Below, one piece after another: positions 50,549-57,287 of a DNA stretch of 57,287 bases. Positions within the stretch are counted from its first letter, which is position 1; the number at the start of each line of letters is the position of its first letter. The stretch is from Octopus bimaculoides (lineage: Eukaryota): positions 8,709,170 through 8,766,456 of the forward strand of contig NC_068983.1 of assembly GCF_001194135.2 (NCBI RefSeq), given 5' to 3'. Made by a program: the position numbers and the translations under genes. Under the pieces are notes generated by a model. It was not told where the DNA came from. It saw nothing but the letters and a program-made list of their open reading frames with translations, and ran no database searches.

Positions 50549-50818
50549 TATTGTAAGATACAGAAATAAATTTATTTCTCAAACGCGTGATAATGCTATA
50601 AATAGCTTAATCAGGATAAATTATCCATATAATGCAGAAAAATACGTTACCGGCCAGCCATGGTTGAAACAAGAACAAGCAGTATTATTAAAAGGGAAAA
50701 GATGCATGGCTGGCCGGTAACGTATTTTTCTGCATTATATGGATAATGTATCCTGATTAAGCTATTTATAGCATTATCACGCGTTTGAGAAATAAATATA
50801 TTTCTGCATCTTACAATA
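50549..50818. mobile_element. Fold-back MITE-like element 2: 114-bp arms (3 mismatches) around a 42-bp spacer, TA at both ends
   Basis: 50549-50662 pairs with 50705-50818. Mismatches occur only at 50560/50807, 50569/50798 and 50619/50748. Confidence 0.93.
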
Positions 50819-51689
50819 TTTCAGTAATTCACTTTAAAACTTAGCTGTCATTTACAAATGAATATAAGAGCTCCCGTGTGGTTCCCACGGAAACTGAATG
50901 CACCAGTACCCAGTAAAGGTGCAAGACAATTCTCCATGTGAAAGAAAGCACCAGTAAATGATGGCAACATTAATATCCTGCATATTGTAATATTAGGTGA
51001 GATAGAATGAAACGTTTCAGGGGCGACTATATTTATTTTGACATTAGTTCTGTCAGTGTGAAATGTTGTCCAAGCATTGCCAAGAAACAAAATAAATATC
51101 TTGAAAACTGAACGAATGAGAAAACTCCAATAAGCGGGAAAACGATAGTTTTGTATCGTTTTCAAAAGCAGGTTTCTTTAAGACATGCTTCTAAGAAATT
51201 GCAGAAGACTAGAGTGTGATATTATTATTATCTCTAGAATTATGTAAAGTGCAGTCAAGAACCTGAAATGCAAGCCTGCGAGACTTTGTACAGTTATAGT
51301 TTCAGCTTGGCTGCCTTCTTAATTTATATCTCTCCATCTCCCTTGTCAAATTTGCATGCGACATAAGTAGACAACTTAATGGAATAAGCGGCCCTGCAAA
51401 ATGCGGGTAATTTTGCAGCAGTTTCAGATGGCATTAACGGAATATGAATCTTAAAATGTGTTGTCAAAAGGATTCTTCTCTATTACCATCATGGAAAAAA
51501 TTACTCCTACCGAGTTAGATGTGACCAATTGCTTTTATCCTCATATAAACGGTTTGTTTTATTTGGAAACAAAAGCAGTTAATGATGGTAGATGACCTTT
51601 TCTAGTTTTTGAAACGAATCGTAACTGATTACCCAAAGAAACTCGCTGCCAAAATTTACTGCTGCAATTCGTACTGGAATTCGCCAGTC

Positions 51690-51900
51690 ACACATTATTA
51701 TCCCAGAGACCTATGAGTTGCAGAGTATTTTCATTGATGTGCAACGCTTGTGTTACATGGCAGTGATAATATCCGGTTTCCAGATGTTTAACTGAGAAGA
51801 CACAATAGGCATGTTGTGGTGACTGTAGAATTGTCAAGGAATGGATTTATATGAGGCATATACAATGACAGCAAACATGCTCGGTTTCTCGTTTGAGAAG
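51690..51900 (+). mobile_element. Possible very old remnant of a restriction-like-endonuclease LINE (R4/NeSL-type) zinc-knuckle region
   Basis: QRLCY..IISGF..NRHVVV resembles CRLC...HIISGC...Y-x-x-RH-x-x-V. It needs a frameshift, so the match is weak. Confidence 0.28.
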
Positions 51901-52592
51901 AAGACACTCCACTTCTTCCACGTTACTACGCTATTCAGCGAAAACTTCCAAGAATCATTTTCATATTGTAAACTTCACAATATGTTACACACACATACCA
52001 AAAACTTCAAAATTTATCGGTGATCGCATAAATACCACAGAAGATAGAAAATAATACATTCTCTCTTTCTTTCAATTATAAGTTCATATTTCAAAATTAT
52101 TCACATATGCACTATGCATAAAGTGTTAAATTGTATAAGATGCAAAATATATTCAAACATTACAAAACAAACGGCCCAAGTTATTGTGTTGAAAGAAAAA
52201 AAAAATCAGAATGCCTGACAAATATAGACAAATAATAATGTGAAGCAGTGCAACTAAAATATTTTCTTCTGTCAATGATATTTGAAAACGTGTACAATCT
52301 TTTCAAATATACGACATTTAAATATAGAAATAGAGATTGATAACCAATAGAAATACGAAAGGAGGGAGAAAAACACAGTTCATCTGGCATACTATCAAGA
52401 AATTTATATATCACGCAACTATTCACGCACAAATATTGCCATACAACTTTCAGTCTATCAAATTTAATTTTTTTCGAAACTTATCGCTCTTTTACCGCGA
52501 GGAAACCACAGAATCGAGATTAATTTCATTTATGTATTAAGCGTATTCAAATACACACACACAAACATGAACACACACACAAACACATATAC

Positions 52593-52646
<54 letters not shown>

Positions 52647-52766
52647 GTGTGAATGTGTGTGCATGTGTGCGTGTTTGTGTGTGTGTACTACGAAAAAGGC
52701 GGTAATTAAAATTTTGGATAATTATTTTAACGCTTCCGTCTCATTCATGGGAACTCTTCAGATATG

Positions 52767-53162
52767 TTGGCAGAAACGTTACCTCACCGGGTGAAAAGCC
52801 TAGCAGTATTTCGTCTGAGTTCAAATTCCGCCGAGGTCGACTTTGCATTCATCCTTTCGGGGTCGATAAATTAAGTACCAGTTACGCACTGGAGTGATGT
52901 AATCGACTTAATCCCTTTGCCTGTCTGTTTGTCGCCTCTATGCTTAGGCACCTTGTGGGCGATAAAGAAATAAGGAACGTTACGACGCCGGGCGAAATGC
53001 TTAGCAGTATTTCATCTGTCTTTACGTTCTGAGTTCAAATTCCGCCGAGGTCGACTTTGCCTTTCATCCCCTCGGGGGTTCGATAAATTAAGTGCCAGTT
53101 GCGCACTGGGGTCGATTTAATCCCCCAAAATTTCTGGCATTGTGCCTACAGTAGAAAAGAAT
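52767..53162 (+). mobile_element. Two head-to-tail SINE family A copies: the first with tail A (ends 52974), the second with tail B
   Basis: Two GAGTTCAAATTCCGCCGAGGTCGACTTTGC blocks. Tails are CACCTTGTGGGCGATAAAGAAATAAG and CCCCCAAAATTTCTGGCATTGTGCCTACAGTAGAAAAGA. Confidence 0.9.
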
Positions 53163-53604
53163 ATGTGGTGTGTGTGTATGTGCGTGTGTGTATAAAATGT
53201 ACTGATCTGTCATAGAAAATTCAACAAGAAAAGTACTCCATCTTCTGAGGGATAAATATTATTTATTTAAAGGACACAATATATGTATTTAAGTGCTACT
53301 AATAATTTCATATATTGAGAAATATTTATCAGGCACAAACCACATACAACGAACTAAAAAAATTGAATGAGAGAAGAAACGCGAAAACATCTCAGAAGGT
53401 AGGATTTAGTAAACGCGGAAGATTAAAAACACGAAAAGCGGAAAACGAAAACACAAAAGCTAAAATGTAACAAATAAAATGTTGTTGAAAGCATCTCTCT
53501 CTATTTCCCTTTTTCTCTTATAAACGTATTAACATGTTTGTAAATACACACACACCTACACATATATATACACACATATACACATACACAGGCACATACA
53601 TCTA

Positions 53605-54006
53605 TCGTTTATCTTTTACTTGCTTCAGCCATTTGACTGCGGCCATGCAGGGGCACGGCCTTCAAGAATTTTTAGTTGAATGAATCCACAGTAGGTCTTA
53701 ATCTTTTAAGCCTAGTACTTTTTCAATCTGACTTTTGCCGAACCATTAAGTTACGGGGAGATAAACACACCAACGCCGGTTGTCAAGTATTGGAGAGCGA
53801 CAAACACAAAGACGAAGACTTACGCACATAAATATATACATAAATATGGAGGGCTTCTTTCAGTTTCTTTCTACCGACTCTACTCACAAGGCTGCGGTCG
53901 GCCGGAGGCTATAGTAGAAGACACCCAAGGTAACATGCAGTGGGACTGAACCCAGAACCACGTGGTTGGAAGCAAGCTTCTTGTCACGCAACCACTCCTG
54001 TGCCTA
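53605..54006 (-). mobile_element. SINE family B, full length
   Basis: The reverse complement starts TAGGCACAGGAGTGG..GGTTCTGGGTTCAGTCCCACTGC and is collinear with 35361-35764, including the internal AT-rich repeat. Confidence 0.88.
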
Positions 54007-54051
54007 TGTGTGTGTAAAGATATAGATAGATATTTTACATATATATATAAT

Positions 54052-54276
54052 TTCTTAATTGTCCACAGTAGGGTTAAACATAGAGGGGACAAACACGGAC
54101 TGAAAAAGGGATTAAGTCGATTAGATCGACTCCAGTGCGTAACTGGTACTTATTTATCGAGCCTAAAAGGATGAAAGGCAAAGTCGACCTCGGCAGAATT
54201 TGAACTCAGAACGTAACGGCAGACGAAATACCGCTAAGCATCTCGCCCGACGTGCTAACGTTTCTGCCAGCTCGCC
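54052..54276 (-). mobile_element. SINE family A, full length, tail A
   Basis: The reverse complement GGCGAGCTGGCAGAAACGTTAGCACGTCGGGCGAGATGCTTAGCGGTATTTCGTCTGCCGTTACGTTCTGAGTTCAAATT is nearly identical to 26273 onward. Confidence 0.92.
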
Positions 54277-55532
54277 GTCGTTTATACACATTTATAATTG
54301 ATACACACATTGCATATGTACATCATCACCCTCATATACAAAAGTGGGCGTGCGGTCACACGCGCACACAGAGTTACACACGCATTTACACGTACACAAC
54401 TCTGTATGTACGTATATGTATTTTAGAACCTCAAACTGTTTTGAGTGCAAGTTGGGGTTTCAAAAAGTGACACTTATGCAAGTACTGACATGATCATATA
54501 ATATGGAAGTAATTCATTAAGCCCAAGGCCAATTTGAAATGGTAACATACACTCGCTTCAATGTTGATTCATAATTAGATATTTCTTCTCAGCTGACACT
54601 AATTTCATATAATACTGTATATCTTTCATGCATTTTACAATAGCCAGTCTTTTCCTATTTTATGTCCCTCTTTCTTCTCCCAATTTCACGTTGTCCGTAT
54701 TTAGTTTGGGAATTTATTCCTTCCTTTGCATCTTAAACCTAACATTCTGAATATGATGTAGCGGATTCTGAAGCACGAATGTACTTATACAAGGTTCACA
54801 TAAATATGAGCATTATGGTTCCTTGTATGCTTTTCAGTAACATAATCACGTAAAATGTGTAATAATATTCATTATTTAAAACATGCCTTGAAACGGCTTT
54901 CAAGTTATGAATATACAGCAACTGTGTTCCACTTACTTACGATAGTTTGTGTATCCCTCTTTACACACTTCTATACATATATACATATATTTACATAGAT
55001 GCGCGCACTTACGCAGATACACACACACGTGCCCACACAATCACAAATGTGTATGCACGCACAGAAAAAACGTGCATGCAAACACACACTTAGTTAAAAC
55101 AATGGGAGAACAATATAATTGATTTTTTTTTCAATTGTTAATGTTTAGTGTGGTTCATTGATGTAATATTAGGCGATTTTTACTAGAGTTTTATTGTCGT
55201 TGGAACATATTGTCATGGTTACGAAAATACACAGTCTCAAGTTTTATAAGCAAAATATATAAGACGTTAAGTGAAGTATCCATATTCATAAAACAAATCA
55301 AGCTGTTTGACAAGTTTAAAAGCATACTTGATACATATCAATTTTCGTAAACGACGAAGAGATATAATAGTGATTCGTAGTATAATAGCAGGTATTCTGT
55401 TTAAAATAATTCATAAGTCAATAAATTGATTAACTGTACCCAATACACGCATGTCATCTCGTACAACACGCTGTTTTATATATAACCCCTATGTATATGA
55501 CTGTTAGTAATTAATGGGACCGGTTAAAAATA

Positions 55533-55672
55533 CTGAATCTCCCCAAGAACTACGTTAAGGGTACATGTGTCTGTGGAGTGCTCAGCCACTTGCACGTTAA
55601 TTTCACGAGTAGGCTGTTCCATTGATCGGATCAACTGGAACCTTCGTCGTCGTAACCGACGGAGTCCCAGCC
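55533..55672 (+). mobile_element. SINE family C 3' fragment
   Basis: Reverse complement of 40113-40252, ending in (TA)n. Confidence 0.82.
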
Positions 55673-55689
55673 ATATATANNNNNNNNNN

Positions 55690-55778
<89 letters not shown>

Positions 55779-56923
55779 GTTTATAAACCATAAAAGTTAG
55801 GAGATTTACGAGATGAATATCATTTTTATATCACTTGATAGCAACCTGTTGCGGGAAGGAAAATCTTTCAGCGACACGTCTATATGCTGTTCCTATATTA
55901 TTGCGAGTGAGCCTCTTAGGCATTCGTGAGGTTAACTTGTAGACAACAATCTAATCCACACAATTCTCCGAATCCATATGTTATGCAACAAATGTATATA
56001 AACGCACACACACGGATGTATACGTGCCCAACGCTATAATGCATTGTATGTTTAAAACGCATGTATTAGCGCATATTGACACCAAAACATATGCAAAACC
56101 TAAACTTAAATTCCGACGTATGCAGTTGTTCTCCTACCTCTTATACATATATTCAAACGTCAAACATCGCCAGCCAAACAGGCAGTCAGTGTAGTTGAGA
56201 AATAAAAAATACAACAAACGTTTCTTCAAATAATAACTAAAGGAAATGGGCAGAGGATGAGAGAATAATTACAGGTATCCCCAGGTGTATATTAGTTGAT
56301 AAGTAGAGTTGAAAATGTGTTACATACACAAGTTATAAGTGAGAGTGTTCATAAGTCTAATCACTGGAAATTTCGCAGGTAGTCGCATATATGTTGACTA
56401 GAAAGAATGAGTGATGACCAGAAAGCGTAAAATGTGCTGTCTAGAAAGTCTTAAACAGCTACGATCGCAAATTACTCTGGAATTTTGAAATGTTATAGGG
56501 CACGTATCACAATGTAATGATTTTGAATTAGCCTTGTTTCTATAATACGAAGAAATAATGTTTTGTTATGTGATTGGATCAATTAACACTAATATTTAAA
56601 TCTGATTTTACTTATCACCTCAGTTATTAACTTTATCTGATATTTTTCTGCGTTCCAATTGCATTGCAGAATCGCACTGTAAGCTTTTTTATTTGTTCTT
56701 TAATAAACTTTCCTCTACATTTTAAATTCATATCTCGCATGTCATATCATGGCATTTCATTAGCAAGATACGTGGTTGGCGAAGTTTCGGTGTGGTTGTT
56801 GTATGTGTTATAATGTTGGTTTTGAATGTGAATGTGCGTTTTATGTACGTGACCTTGTGCATATTCCTATATTTGCAAATAAATATGTGTCTTCTGTTCA
56901 CTCCCTCTTTACATCTCTATGTG

Positions 56924-57287
56924 TATCTATCTAAGAGGGCGTTAACAGGAGCCATCGTTAACAACCGCTGGTGGTTTGCCCTGAAAATGGCAATCAAATC
57001 GGAATCTATTAGGTTTAGTAAAGAACTAGCGATAGATCGAAATAGAGTAGAGGGAGACTTAGTTAAGAAACTAGAAGAGGCACTTACAACTGGCAGCGCA
57101 ACCAACGTTTTGGCTGCGAGGATGGCCCTCGACCAACACCTCAACGCCAAACACGAAGGTTGCGTCGTCAGAGCTAAAATGCGTGCCTTAAGGAACGAAG
57201 GGATCGAAGCTGCGCGAGAAGCCCGGGTGGCGGAGGCGCAACGCGGTAACAGAGCCACCATTCGGTCTCTAATCGATGAACAGGGAT
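56924..57287 (+). mobile_element. 5'-truncated Tx1/L1-clade LINE ORF2 (linker between endonuclease and RT), open to the window edge
   Basis: The stop-free frame from 56933 reads KRALTGAIVNNRWWFALKMAIKSESIRFSKELAIDRNRVEGDLVKKLEE..HEGCVVRAKMRALRNEG..EAQRGNRATIRSLIDEQG. This matches the L1/Tx1 pattern W-x-x-x-K-x-x-I...G-x-x-(I/V)-R-x-R...E...I-x-x-L-x-D-x-x-G. Confidence 0.85.

Noticed and set aside
52720-52765. Minus-strand CTGAAGA-GTTC-CCAT-GAAT-GAGAC
   Set aside because: The core has GAGA instead of GAAA and stem I does not form, so it is probably chance.
56917-57261. 114-aa minus-strand ORF
   Set aside because: It is antisense to the clearly recognisable plus-strand LINE ORF2 frame.

Overview
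AT-rich, microsatellite-saturated animal genomic DNA from a gapped short-read assembly. There are 10 N-gaps (7179-7705, 9276-9859, 20458-20795, 27701-27710, 29377-29794, 31472-31964, 35790-36029, 37163-37479, 42496-43267, 55680-55689), nearly all flanked by (TA)n or (TG)n. The SINE families and repeat landscape look like a cephalopod, most likely Octopus; this is inferred from recalled repeat sequences, not from a search. I recognise no intact host protein-coding gene, so the window reads as intergenic or deep intronic. Identifiable content is transposon-derived: Tx1/L1-clade LINE fragments at both window ends; an internally deleted Tc1 element with intact TIRs and DD36E spacing; a mariner 5' fragment; RTE LINE remnants; a Penelope-like GIY-YIG remnant; about 18 tRNA-derived SINE copies or fragments from 4-5 families; and two adjacent inverted-repeat (MITE-like) elements sharing an internal cassette. 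The most interesting signals are RNA-structural. They include several type I hammerhead-ribozyme motifs (one nearly canonical at 27424-27484), a tRNA-headed SINE whose tail carries a hammerhead half, and a highly self-complementary unit with an apparent 366-bp period beside a gap. All alignments, translations and folds were done by eye.
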